The position numbers and the translations under genes are program-made. DNA of 64,000 bases from Podarcis muralis (Eukaryota): contig NC_135658.1 of the NCBI RefSeq assembly GCF_964188315.1, forward strand, positions 104,780,001 to 104,844,000. The letters run 5' to 3'. This document shows positions 48,186 through 60,928 of this stretch, piece by piece. Position 1 is the stretch's first letter; each line of letters starts with the position of its first letter. The notes under the pieces are model-generated. The model was not told the DNA's origin and did not search any database. It saw only the letters and a program-made list of their open reading frames with translations.

Positions 48186-49195
48186 CCCCAGGGTTTTGGA
48201 GGCCCTGGCTAATATAGTAATTTGTACAGACAACAACATTTTTATTTATTTAGGGCTCATCTTTTTGTCCATGCTTAAAAGCTCCCATTTTGAACATGGT
48301 TTGTTGTTGGTGGTTTTGTTTTTTTTTTTTTTGCCCCAGAGCTCAATCAGAGCAAATGCCAAAAAGGTGTTTTTTGGGGATTGCCATTTACTCCAACTGA
48401 GCTTTAAATAGCCGGTTCTGATAGGAAAATCATGGGCGGTGGCGGGGGGGGGGGGGGGCAGTGTGTTCAGACACAGAGCTTTAAAGCATAGATAGTGCCT
48501 GCAAAGAGCAGAGAAAATGTAAATGTGAACAAGCCTTTCAGACTGCTTTGGGGACAAAAAAAAAAAAAGTGGTTTACACCCACCCCCATGTCCTAGAAGT
48601 TAATCATTAGGAAAGAAAAATGAAGGCAAACATGTTATTTCAAATTGATATGGAGGCAGGAATTAGGCAGTGGGGTACAGTGAAGAACTGGAAAGTTGGA
48701 GGGAGGTTAGAAAATGGTTTGACTTTGCAGAATATTATAAATTTGTAACTGCTGTTTAAAAACAGATTTAAATGCATTTGTTGATTATCTTGGGTCACTT
48801 GGACAAATTCAGTTCTCACATTCTTCTTCTCAAGGTTAATGTATTTTAAACCAACATGCTTGTGGGTGCAGGACAACAGAAGGAACCTCCTAAAGTGGTG
48901 CAAGGGGGATGCAAATACTAGCAGCAGACCGCAAGACGAGCCAGGTTGACACAGTTTGGATTCACTGAGCAAAATGCAACTCACACTAAGCCAAGCGCTT
49001 AGTCCTCTCAGGAGCTCAGCAAATCTCTTTTGCTGCCTTCCTGGGACTGCAAAAACAGAGGGCTTATGAAGCACCTGGTCGGCAGGAATCCATAGCTAGT
49101 GAGGTGCTTTCAGCTTGGTGGATCACAAGTGGTGGATCACTCTGATATTGCATTGCTATCTGTCATCAACCCCTGGACTCTGGGGAAATACAATA

Positions 49196-49423
49196 CAGTG
49201 GTACCTCAGGTTACAGACGCTTCAGGTTACAGACTCCACTAACCCAGAAATAGTACCTTGGGTTAAGAACTTTGCTTCAGGATGGAACAGAAATAATGCA
49301 GTGGCGGTGCAGCAGCAGCAGCAGGAGGACCCATTAGCTAAAGTGGTACCTTAGGTTAAGAACAGTTTCAGGTTAAGAATGGACCTCTTGAACAAATTAA
49401 GTTCTTAGCCCGAGGTACCACTG
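49196..49423. mobile_element. Tigger-like Tc1/mariner MITE
   Basis: TA|CAGTGGTACCTCAGG ... CCGAGGTACCACTG|TA. Confidence 0.9.
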
Positions 49424-49689
49424 TAGTACAGAAACAAGGAGCTAGACAGAAAGACGAGCATCAGAAATGCACTATTCCTTAGCAGTCTGCGCCTGAAGCT
49501 CCGCAGCACAGAAGAGGGTAGATACTTTTACGTGCCTGTTTAATGTATGCCTTATTCCTTCCAAGGGGGAAACAGCTTCTTGCCAATGTCTAATGGTATA
49601 ATCATTGACACATAAAAATCTGACTGCTAGGTGACAAACTGCTCAGGGTATCTTTGCAAAGAAGTACAACATGCCTGTCATTTTCTTTC

Positions 49690-50215
49690 ACATATCACTC
49701 TTGGCAATGAGGAGGAAGCTAGTATCAGCAAGAATTGCTGAGTTACTATAGTTGGCATCTGTCTGTCTTGGGAGACCATGAAGGAGTGCACATTCGGGGG
49801 TGAAGTCAAACCATTGGAGAGTTACAGCGCCTGAGGGCTGGAGAGACCAATACAGGAAAGACATGCTTTCTTGCAGGTGGGGCCCATGAAAGTGTCTGGC
49901 TTTGCTGTTACAGATGCACCATGGCGTTTCTTCTCTCTGTGCTCCTCCAGTGCTCATTTCTACTCGGGTCACTGCTGTGGATACACAACCTGAATGCCTG
50001 TCTCCAGGCTCTGTAATCACCTGCAAGTGATTCCAATATGGCAGGGTTAGTGTTGTCAGCCTTCATGCCACGTTTGCAGGCATCTGTGTAACTATTGCGT
50101 GTGCAATAAAAGGGTGTATCAGGATGAACCACTAAACGTTGCTGATACATTATTTTGTCTTCTTGGCCCAGCAAGCTAGGACTGGACTGAATACAGACCC
50201 TGGAGTGTGACAACA
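49690..50215 (-). mobile_element. Old RTE-clade LINE 3' fragment
   Basis: ORF 49908..50216 contains YTDACKRGMKA..N...LESLAGDYRAWRQ, matching the RTE C-terminal motif D.CKRDMKA...WE.LA.DR..WR. Confidence 0.7.
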
Positions 50216-53200
50216 CGGGGCTAAGTTAGCACTGAGCAGGAGGACAGTGGTAGCCCTGAAAGAATGGAACAAAACACAGCGGCTCAGGTGGGGATGCGGA
50301 GGAAAACAGGGCAAGCAGTGGCCCCACGATTTCTGGGGATAGGAGTGTTACCCAGAAATCAGGTGATGGGTTGTGGGTGTGTGTTTTTTCAATAGCACCT
50401 CATAAAAGGCTGATTAGTAGAAGCAGGGTGAAGGAAGGACTAGACTTGGTCCCTGCAATCTCCTGGCACCCAGAAAGACCATTGTGTAAAGTAGGGATAG
50501 GGAACCCCCAAGCTCAGGGGCCAAATGCAGCCTGCTTATGTGGCCCTCAGAACTCTTCTCCTGCCACCCCCACTCCCCAGGGGCCAAGCCAAAGGAATGC
50601 ACACGGCAGAGATTTAACTCTTTATTGTCACACCAGTCTAGTGCCTAGGCAGCTATTCACAGCAACAGGGGATTACCCCCCTGCACGAGGTTATGTACCA
50701 CCCCCACCCCCACAATGGGCTGCACACACAAAGCCAGAGACAACGCCTGCGTGGAAGCTGCTCCTCCTCTACCCGCTGACACCCTCTCCTGCTTCTGGGA
50801 GATGGAGGTGCTTTGCCCACTTTTGCCGCTGCCCTGTGCACCCCAGGCATGCGCCCTCCAAGGGGATGCACCCCCGAGGAAGAGGATCCCAGGGGACAGC
50901 CAACCCTACTTCACGGACCAAAGGAGAGACCTCTCCATGTGGCAAAATGTCTTGCCCTTCATTTGGTTTCACTTATCACAACCATTGTTCCTGGAGGTAA
51001 TTAGCATCCTCCGTTCTACACAGGACACATGTTGAAATGATGGTGAGGGCCTATATATTTGCGTAACAAATGAGACCTTTTATTTGTGCTGTGAACACAA
51101 ATAGGACCAGTTATTGCCACACAGTGGAGGAAGAAGTCCCTGGGAGTAGCTAGTGCTGTGAGTGCAACGAACAACTAACAAACAATTTCAGCAGAAGGAA
51201 AGCAAACTCACAGAAGCAATGCTACCTCCTAAAAGAGAATCTGTTCTCACAAGCAACCCCAATCCCTCAAGACTGCTTCTTGCCAGTCAGCTGCAGAAAC
51301 TCATACTTTTTCTCTGGTCAGACACAAAGCTGCTGGTGCATACCCTCCCAGACAGAAGATGGGACCCAGCCAGCTCCCACCCCCACCCCCCAGCATGGAT
51401 GTGTGACTGGCATTCCTAGCGGTCTGTGATTGTGTGTGGACCAGCTGTCTTTGTTAGTTAGTAGACAAACCATAGGACATCATGGAGTTCACAGCCATAA
51501 TTATTCACACAAAATAATAATTAGCCATGCTTACAGCTAAGACTGGCAAACAGCTGGTTAGCCATTTCCAGGTTTACTTGGATGTGGTTGCTGGTTAGCA
51601 TCATCTTTAGAGCTCACCTTGTCATGTGCCTGTGGTGAAATTACGGCCTGCCTTCCCCCTGCCCTCGCGGTCTGGTCTTCAGGTGGGCCTTGTACTTTAC
51701 AAAAGAACAGCATACAGATTCTGGTTGGCATTCAATATGCATTAGGCATTCTCCAGATTTTTGCTTTTCTCTTTTCTTCCCCCACTGCTTGGAACACACC
51801 CTGCTTTCTCCCGTGTAGGCAGAGTTCCAAGAGCTGCATGCTTCCCTCTGTGATCATTGTATTGTCCACATCCACATCAGCTACAGCTAATTAATCTGTT
51901 CTGCAGTGCAATAATAATAAAAAAGCAAGGCCTACAGAATTTTCTCAGCAACCAGAGTGCAGGATAGGGAGAGCAATGTTTGCCTTTCATGTTCTCCATG
52001 CCCCCCCCCCCAATTGTTAATTTTCTTCTGGCAAGTGTCTCCTTCTAGGAAGTGTCATCTTCCTTATAGCCGTCTTCTTTGCTGTCATCTTCTTCTTCGA
52101 ACAACACAGTCCTCTCTTTACCCCCTTCCTTTTCGAAACAACAAGGATGCCAGTCTCAAAGGTAATATTCCTTTTGAAAACAAGTGTGGCAGTTAGCAGA
52201 CATTAAACTTTAGACCTTCTCAATCTGATGTGACATTCAGTTTCTGTTCATTGAAATGCATTCTGCGAGACATACAAGTCTGTTTCTCATGCAGACAAAA
52301 ATTTGGCACAAAGCACAAAGACTAGGAAGGAAAATATTGGGAGCCAGACTTTGCAAAGGTTCTGGAAAGAGGCTGAAGGATGTGGCCCAAATTCACATCC
52401 TTTTTCAGACAGAGGAGATGAGGAGAATGGCACACCTGGTGAAGGGAGAAGCCAGCTTGCAGCTGGTGCTGCCATTTCAATGGAAAGCTGTTGCTGCGAT
52501 TAAAAGGTGATTTTTTGCCCCTTGCAATATCCCCTTTGAAAGCAGGAAGATCGGGTGTGATCAAACATGGCTCCCCAGAGCTGACTTTACAGAACTCCTT
52601 TCAGGATATCCAGCAGCTGACGAGAATGAGATGTGTGCTTTGCCAGGGCCATGAAATTTCACCATTTGCTTCCAGCCACTTTGTTCTTCAGAGGTAAGAG
52701 AAAACTCATTCAGCCTGGCAGGGATTAAGCCACTGTACCTCTCCATCTGCTCACGCCCTGAATTCATAGATGATCTAGTACATTAAGTGAGGACTCTTTG
52801 TCTCCAGCAAAAAGGAAGACATCTGATCATTTATAAATTATTGCTATGTAGTGGTTTTAAAAAAGAGAGTCACAATTAGAATGATTAAAGTAATTGTTCA
52901 TTGTTCTTAAGTATTTAGATCAGTAAGTTCCAAACAGTATGTGGTGAAGGTATTGTTCAAGTGCTGAACAGATATATTCAAATTAAAGGCTCCTGTTGCC
53001 TTGAAGTACCCAGTGAGAGGCTGCCTATGGGGTGTGGATGTGTTGGTGCTCAGCCCCTATTGCTTTAACCCCTACCAGTCCTCTGCTCTCGGCCTGTTGC
53101 TTCCTTCACCCTCCAGTAAGAACTACAGATTTAGTTTCATTCGGTATTAAACAGAGTCAGAATTTCTGTTAATTCTTTGGAAAGATGGGAGATGAATGTT

Positions 53201-56200
53201 TTAAAGGAATAATCTTGGAATCAGAGTTTTTTAAAAAATTAAATGGTAAATGGTTCTTTAAAACAAGTTCTTTAAAAATATTTAGTATTTTAATATAAAG
53301 TCTGTACTGCTTATATAGCTTCTTCTGAGGGCTCCTCAAAACTCCTGGGTAACTCAGAACTGCTCTCTCGTGAAAAGTGGTGAAACGGAGGGCACTTGTG
53401 CCTTTTCATAAGTGGAGGTGAAGAGGCAGCCCCAGAAATACCTAGGTGGGCGAGCTGTGTGTGGAGGTATGTGTTTTGGGGGGCTGGATTTGGAGAAGGT
53501 GCCCCTTAGATCTCTGGAAAAGAACAGCAGTATATGTCAATGACAGGAGTTGGTGGAGGGAGTTGGGGGGAGCTTCTTCATGGGTGGGCCCTTGCTCCCC
53601 AGCCCCACTCTGCTGCCCCCCATGTGGAGGCAAGTGCCTTAAGCCCTCAAGTGGCTGTTGGTGGGATAAAAATTACTGCGTGCTCATCTCCCCAGGCAGA
53701 AAGTTAAAACCCACCTGCTATTCTTGGAAATGTTCAGGTGCATTTTCCATAACTGCATCTAAAGCATCCTCTGTCCCCCAGGGGGAGAGAAGCAGATCAA
53801 GGGAGCATGCTGTAATGAAACCTACAGGCATTCAGTGGGGTTTGGGAGCACAGCCATGTGAGTAATGTCATCACACAACTAATTAACACTAGTCCACGAT
53901 CTTATTCAGTGCTGGTGCTAACCTTCCAACTTTCTCATAATTATTTTTCTGTTCATCAGTTCATAATGCAGTGCTCCTCAGTATCAGAAAGACTAGGTCA
54001 AAAGCCAAAAATGAAAGATTTGGAAAGTCACGCTGTGGAATATAACCCGTATATTTTCCAATGTCAAATAAATTTTTACTGTTAAATGTGATTGCTCCAG
54101 TCACACTCATTATGCACTCATAGAATAGAAATTTCAAATGGTGAACAGAAACTAGAGCATTCGACTGCTGACATCATCCGTTCCAAATGCTATTAAGTTA
54201 GACACTTATGTTCCTGATCCCTGGCTCTGCTTATGTTGTTCTTAAACTGTTCCATCCTTATTTATACGCTGCAAACAGAGTTGATTTGTATGTGCGAACT
54301 GGCAGCCTTTTGTGGAGCCCCTGAATCTTCAGTTTCTGAGCCCACTCTCTGGTGGGCAACTTCCAAATAGTATACACACCGTAGCAACGCGATGGGTAAG
54401 GCCTCTGAGGTTGGTCCCATGGCAAGTCAGAAGCCTCTAGAGCCAGGTTGTGCTTGTCCCACTTGGGCAGCTGACATACCTTTTGACTTCAAAAGGACTA
54501 TTTTGCCTTTTGGCAGAGCATCTTTTCAAACTGTTATCTCTCTGTACAGCCCCAAGCCCTTCTAATAACATGAACATTATATACATTAAAATCATACACA
54601 TGAAAACCATACACAAAACAATATATACTACTATCACTGAAATGGCAATAATTGCAATTACGTAGGTGCAGCAATGTTGGTGGACACTCAAATCTCTGAT
54701 TAAGTGAAATTGGCATTTTGATGAAGGTGATGTCATGTGGTTTGGAATAACATGACATGCGAATCTGGCCACCCTCAGTTAAAGTAGACAACTTAGCCTA
54801 GTATGTTCATGGTCTGACTCAGTATAAGAAAGCTTTTAAATAAGTGTGCCTAGGATTGCAGCCTAATGGGTCATTGAACAAACAGAATAAAGAATCTCCA
54901 TATGTTCACCTAATAATATCGTTTGGATGGGTGATCTGGAAGAGTTTTTATTCACGAGAAGAAGAGAACTGCAATGGGAGAATTAACAGTTTCCAAGTCT
55001 GTCTGTCTTAACATTGGGCCAGTGAAATGCTGCTCAGACTGCCAATAACTGAGCGTGTGCTCAATTCAGTCTTTGGCGCTGGGAATCTAATGGTTTCTTT
55101 GCTGCCAAAGTGGGATGTGCGCTGTCCTACTTATGAATTAAAATGTTGTCATATCTTGGTCAAGTGCCTAGAGACCTTCAGAGTTCAATATATTATACAG
55201 CATTATTGCTTATTACATCTTTATCACCACACACCTACCGTCATTTTAGGGCTTTTTTTTCCAGAAGCCATAAAATCTGGCCTGTCTGCTTGTGTTGAAA
55301 CAGCAAATGCACAGAAATGTTAGGATATTTCTTCTACTTTCAGACTGCCAGTATTTCTGTATTTGATTCAATCACATATTGGCAAATTCAGATTGTGAAA
55401 TTGGAGTTGATTTGGCAGTCTTGCACACACACACACCCCGCGTGCTGCAAATAAGACTTTTTGATAAGGAAAATGATGAGAAAATGCACTGGATGAAATA
55501 TCATCTAACTTCCTCACAAATAGAAATGAATGTTCAGTAAATACATAAATGCCATCAAATCTCTCTGCAAATAAATTAGGGTGAATGTTCAATAAACGGG
55601 TCATCTGGAAGCTTTATCTACCCTTCTGGCTGTGATTTCTCAGCATAGCAATGGTTTAATTTTGGTGTCATTGTAATTAGTAATTAGTGTCCAACATCTA
55701 TTTATTTTTAATATGGCTCACTTGAAATATTTTTTGGACATGGTGAGGGGAGTTTTCTTTTTCAAATTCCTTCAGAACTGTTGGAGAATTTTAGTCCCAG
55801 AAAATATTTGACAAAATGGCCTCCTCAGTTAAACCAGCCATTAATTTTGGGTGCACTGTGAATCCAGTTTCAATATTGTTTAACATTATTTTAATATTAT
55901 TGAAGGAAGCAATTTCTTGGCTCATTCCAGTCACTCGTTCTAAACCCATTGCTTCCTCCACCCACCAATATGTAATATAATTCACCATTAAATAAGCTGA
56001 AATTTCCGAAAAGAGAATTTTTGTGGGTGGGGGAACTTTTGGTAATTTCACCTTTCCTCCAATAGCTTGCAAATCCCCTCCCCCCACTGTTTTGCTGCCA
56101 TCAAGATATTGGAGGCCAGTAGGACTCTGCCAAATTTATATTTTATTTTATACCCAAAGTACAGACCAGAGCAAATAAAGAAAAAAGAAACTTAAAAAAG

Positions 56201-57141
56201 CTAATATTAATGTAAAATCATGTCTGGTGTTAAAATCTCTTTCTATAAGGTTTGACACAAAAACTCTATTTCATATATAATCGGTTGTTTTCCATTACTG
56301 AAAAGAAAACTTTCTGCACAAGATCATCCCACCACAACCTTGCATGTGGTTCTCAGCTCATTTCAACTGCATTTTCAGCCAAAGACAAGCTTGCAAGAAC
56401 CAGAAACAAGTTAAGCTATTTTTTTTTATTCTTGTCACTTTATTGGATTTGCTACTCTTTTATGGTGCCTTTTGGTTACTACTGTCCTGTCTTCTTCTTG
56501 TATTAAATGATTAACGTGTGTCAAAAAATCCTTCAACAGATGTCTTGTGAAATCCTACCCATATTTACCCTAAAGTAATTCCCATTGAGTTCAGCGAGAG
56601 TTAGTCATCAATAGGTGGGCAGATACACATACATCTGACCCCATCTCCTAAGAAAGGTCATTTGCTAGCTGAAAAGTACACCTTCCTGGAAAAGACTTGG
56701 AATGTATTGATTGGCAAATAAAGAGCAGAGGCCATTTGATTGCCTTTCACACAAAACTCACCCTGCACTCATCCAGTTTGCTGAACTGTTGACATGTTGA
56801 AGTGCTGAGATTTACAGAGTCCTGAGTTTTTCGACTCCATTAAATCTATTCAGTTTTGCCCCCCTTCTATTGGAAGGCTCAGGGCAGCTTACAATGGTTC
56901 CCTCAGGGTTGGGAAACTTTGGGATGGTTTCCTGGACTGAATAATAGTCCTGAAACCTATTATGAAAAAAATGCTATTCATTGAGGTGCTGGCAATAGAG
57001 AAGGAATGTTTGAAAATTATCAAGTAGAAAATGGAAGTGTTTTTGCAAGCAACTAAAATAATTAACGGGCATTTTCTTTGCATTCCTGTTGCTTTCATAA
57101 ACTGTTTTACTAAACTTAATAGTCACTTGTCACACAAAGGT

Positions 57142-57274
57142 NNNNNNNNNNNNNNNNNNNNNNNNNNNNNNNNNNNNNNNNNNNNNNNNNNNNNNNNNNN
57201 NNNNNNNNNNNNNNNNNNNNNNNNNNNNNNNNNNNNNNNNNNNNNNNNNNNNNNNNNNNNNNNNNNNNNNNNNN
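57142..57274. other. Assembly gap (133 N)
   Basis: Run of N. Confidence 1.
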
Positions 57275-60149
57275 AGAAAGGGAGGTTCATACCATACATC
57301 TAACATAACGTTTATAAAAAAGCCATAGAACTAATAACAAACAGCATTAACTAGAGTCAAATAATAATCAAAGACCACTCCCACCCACGAATTAGCAGAT
57401 ACGCAGCTATTCCCCCCCTTTGAACCACCCCACCCCAAAGTCTGGTGTCAGGCCAGCTGCTGCAAACCAGCCCCCAATGGGTCCTGCGTCTTCCTCCAGG
57501 GATGGTGCAGCCTCTCTCCTCTCCCTTCAGGGGGGAGCAGGAGCAGGGCAAAGCAGGAAGATGGTAGCAAAAGTTTAATCTGCATTACAGTTGGTTGGAC
57601 TGCTGCTCCTCTATGGATGCTGGTGGTTCCAGATTTGTTTTCCAGAACTCTGTGTTTAATCCCAATTTTATTGCTTGACTTGATCAAGTTTATCATGATG
57701 TGTAACTGTGTCAGATTCAGGGCTGGCTTCAGGAAGATGACTACTCTTGGGCTCAGGGTATCATGGGGCCCTTGGGCCCTTGTCTGTGCTCCTCAAATTA
57801 CACTCACCCCTCTTGTCCTCAGCAATTACCATCAACTGGGGGGGGGGGCAAAAATGTCAAGGAAGGGGCTGGGCCCCCTCAAATATTCGGCATTACTTGT
57901 GCACATGCATGCTGCACAACCTGCTCATGTCACTTGCACATGCCATGCAGCATGTACACATGACGTCAACATGATGTCACACAGCGTGCATGAACAGTGT
58001 GTGCACATCATGCAGCACTGGCCCCCTCAATCACGGGGGCAACCCAACACTCCTGTCACCCACCAGCTACTGAAGATTGATTTAAGTTTTCATGATCATT
58101 GACTATTTTTGCCATTCTTCCTTTGCATTGCTGCCTGCCCAGATTCAGGACATCATGTTCCTTTCCCATTACATGAATATCTATGGCTTATCTATTGCTT
58201 ATCTGTTTCCTGAAGAACAATGGATCATATACAGCCTAACCCAGATGTAGACTTGGCTGGTTTTCCTTCAAGAACCCACGTCTAAACTACAATCAAGCTC
58301 TCAAATCAACTTTAAAATTAGCCACTACTATCCAGCTAACCTTGATGGGAAAAGCATAACTGTTTGGAGATTAATTTTATACACAGCCTTGGATGTGTAA
58401 TTGCACATTTTCTGCAGCTAAACTGGATTGCATAAAACATATAATTCTGTTCCAAATGGGTCTAGGAAATTGATTTGTGATTGGTTTGTATGAAAGTATA
58501 CCTGAACTAACCTTAAATTCCTCTAATTATCCTTTGCTGATTTTAAGGACTAAGACAATATGATGCATGAGGAGAATTCCTTCTAAAGCTGGAGTCCAAA
58601 AACCAGTTAAGCCAACTATCTTCAACAGATGTCAGTCAGCTGGTTTTGAACTAGATACTCTGGTTTGGCTGGATGGTGCACTGGATTTGGTTATTGGGGG
58701 GGGGGGGGCAGGAGAGCAGCTGCAGCAGTTGCATTCAGCTGCCCAAGCAGAAACCCTCCACACTGCACAGAATTCACATGGGGCATGGATGGCAGCCCAC
58801 CAGGGACTCTGATTTATTTCTTGTTTCTGTTGGGATCTCTGGGGCAGCGAAAAAGGAGACGGAAGGCCAGTTAGACTGCTGGGTCACAAGTTGTGTTACC
58901 ATTTTTAAATGGTTGTTTAAAAGCATTGCTCTTTGTTCTTGTGCTTTTGTAACTAACCCCCCTCCCCGTACTAAAATCTAAATGACAATGAACAGCTTCA
59001 TGGATTATTGTACCACATTGTTTCTCAAAGTATGTGCTAGGGCACATTCGGATGTAACATGATGGTATGGGGGGTGTTGTGAATAATTCACACACACACC
59101 CTTCTTGCATGCATCTACCAAACTTTGCTATGTAGTGTCAATATCCCATCTCTCTGTACATGGATGAGAAATGACATACTTCTAAGGTGCTATTACCAGT
59201 CATGAAATCACACCGGGGGGGGGGGGGCGGTCACAGGTTAATATGCTCCCTTGCCCTTTGGAGTGACCCACTTAACTACTTTTTTATATATAAAAAGAGA
59301 CACTGTTGGTTCAGGCATGACTTGACTGAATTTGGGAGAAGCTGGGATGGGGTATGTGACTTTCATTAAGCCCCCCCCTACTTTTTCTCCCAAAATTTGA
59401 TCATTGGCATTTTAATAACATCACCAAACGCCCACTGACCATTCCTTGAGAGAAAGGATGGGGACTCTGTGGCTTCCATATCTTACTGGACTACAACTCC
59501 CATCATCCAGACTATTGACCATGCTGGTTGGTGCTGATATGAGTTGGAGTCCAATGGCATATGGATGGCCACAAGTTCCCCATTCCTGCCTTGAAGTACT
59601 GGCTGACTGGGTGAAAGGGCACCAGGTAGCCAAGAAGCAATAATAACTAGGTTATCTGTCAATGGCCTTTAATTTCTGGACTGGGGGCATATTTAGTGCA
59701 AAACTAAAAAGCATGCTTCCAAATTAATTAAAACAAACAAACTATACTCCAAGTATGAGGGGAAACTAGCTTATTGAAGGCTGTCAGAAGTTATGCTGTT
59801 AGTGTATTTATTATTGATTATAACAATTTGGAGAGCAATATAAGTGCTAAAGGAGTATAGAAATAATCCTGAATTGATTTGATGTAGCCTTAACTTCCAG
59901 TCATGCTGTATGTTTTAGTGCTTGATCAGTATATAGTTTAGTATGCATTATATTGGACCACTGCAGTTATTCTTCCACAGGATTAAGACTTTAGAATGCA
60001 GTGACTGATTTACTTGTGAAGGAAGGGGCAACAAAGGTTGTCAACCAAATGAGCACGCCAGAAAATCAAAGTAGTGATATTCTTTTTTCAAGACTGCAGC
60101 TCCCAAATAGGTGGGGCCATGATAATCATCTATGGGTAAAACAGTTTGA

Positions 60150-60400
60150 AAACCTTTGCCTTTGATTTATTAATAATGAGGTCTATTTGCTTGGCAGAGC
60201 CTGCAAGGCCATCTGTCTTTCACTGTGTAGCCTCAACTGATCTATTTATAAGGCAGATGTCATCTGCAAAGTTTAAGTCTGAAAGTTCAACTTCTGTCCA
60301 TGTGGTGCCCATTTCTGCACTGGCAGCCTGCCACATGACGAAGTGTACAGACACATCAAACAGCATGTGCAACAGAGATGCTTCCTCGTCTGCATAGCAG
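60150..60400 (-). mobile_element. Old RTE-like reverse transcriptase fragment
   Basis: Manual translation gives LFDVSVHFVM..ELSDLNFADDICLI..*KTDGLAGSAKQIDLIINKSKAK, which is an FADD RT motif with an internal stop. Not in the ORF track. Confidence 0.65.
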
Positions 60401-60714
60401 ACTTATTTATTACTAAGCCACTCAGCAATTAAGATTTACATAATCAAACACATTTTGACAGTATAGATACCTTTGTGGGAAGTTTCCTCTTTAAAGATTC
60501 TTTGGTAACACAGGTTGGGGATTATGATCCTTTTTAATAATGTGAGAGTGCATTTGCATACTCCCATACCAACATACTGGAAGACAAGCTGAGATCAGAG
60601 CTGTGGAATAATAACAGAATGGAATTAGTAAAATTTGCTCGTCCTTAATTAAAAATTATTGCTATACAATTTAGGCAAAGATAAGTGAATATTAAGTCCA
60701 GTAGATTTCAAATA

Positions 60715-60928
60715 CAGTGGCACCTTGGGTTGCAAACACCCCGGGTTACAGACTCCGCTAACCTGGACATAGTACCTCGGGTTAAGAACTTTACCTCAGG
60801 ATGAGAACAGAAATCGTGTGGCGGCAGCGGGAGCCCCATTAGCTAAAGTGGTGCTTCAGGTGAAGAACAGTTTCTGGTTAAGAACGGACCTCCAGAACGA
60901 ATTAAGTTTGTAACCAGAGGTACCACTG
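60715..60928. mobile_element. Tigger-like Tc1/mariner MITE
   Basis: TA|CAGTGGCACCTTGGG ... AGAGGTACCACTG|TA. Same family as 49196-49423. Confidence 0.9.

Noticed and set aside
52049-52161. AG..GT-bounded segment reading as a TM helix (SVIFLIAVFFAVIFFF) on + and as acidic or basic peptides on -
   Set aside because: Low-complexity pyrimidine-rich sequence gives plausible-looking peptides in several frames on both strands, with no discriminating evidence.
52654-52690. Minus-strand CUGAAGA...GAAA hammerhead-like spacing
   Set aside because: Stem II cannot form beyond 2 bp, and there is no stem I or III.
2321-59227. Numerous poly-G or poly-C tracts (e.g. 2321, 2544, 13410, 28160, 42160, 47101, 48445, 59215) as G-quadruplex candidates
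   Set aside because: Mononucleotide runs mostly inside repeat remnants, with no organised pattern; run lengths may be assembly-sensitive.
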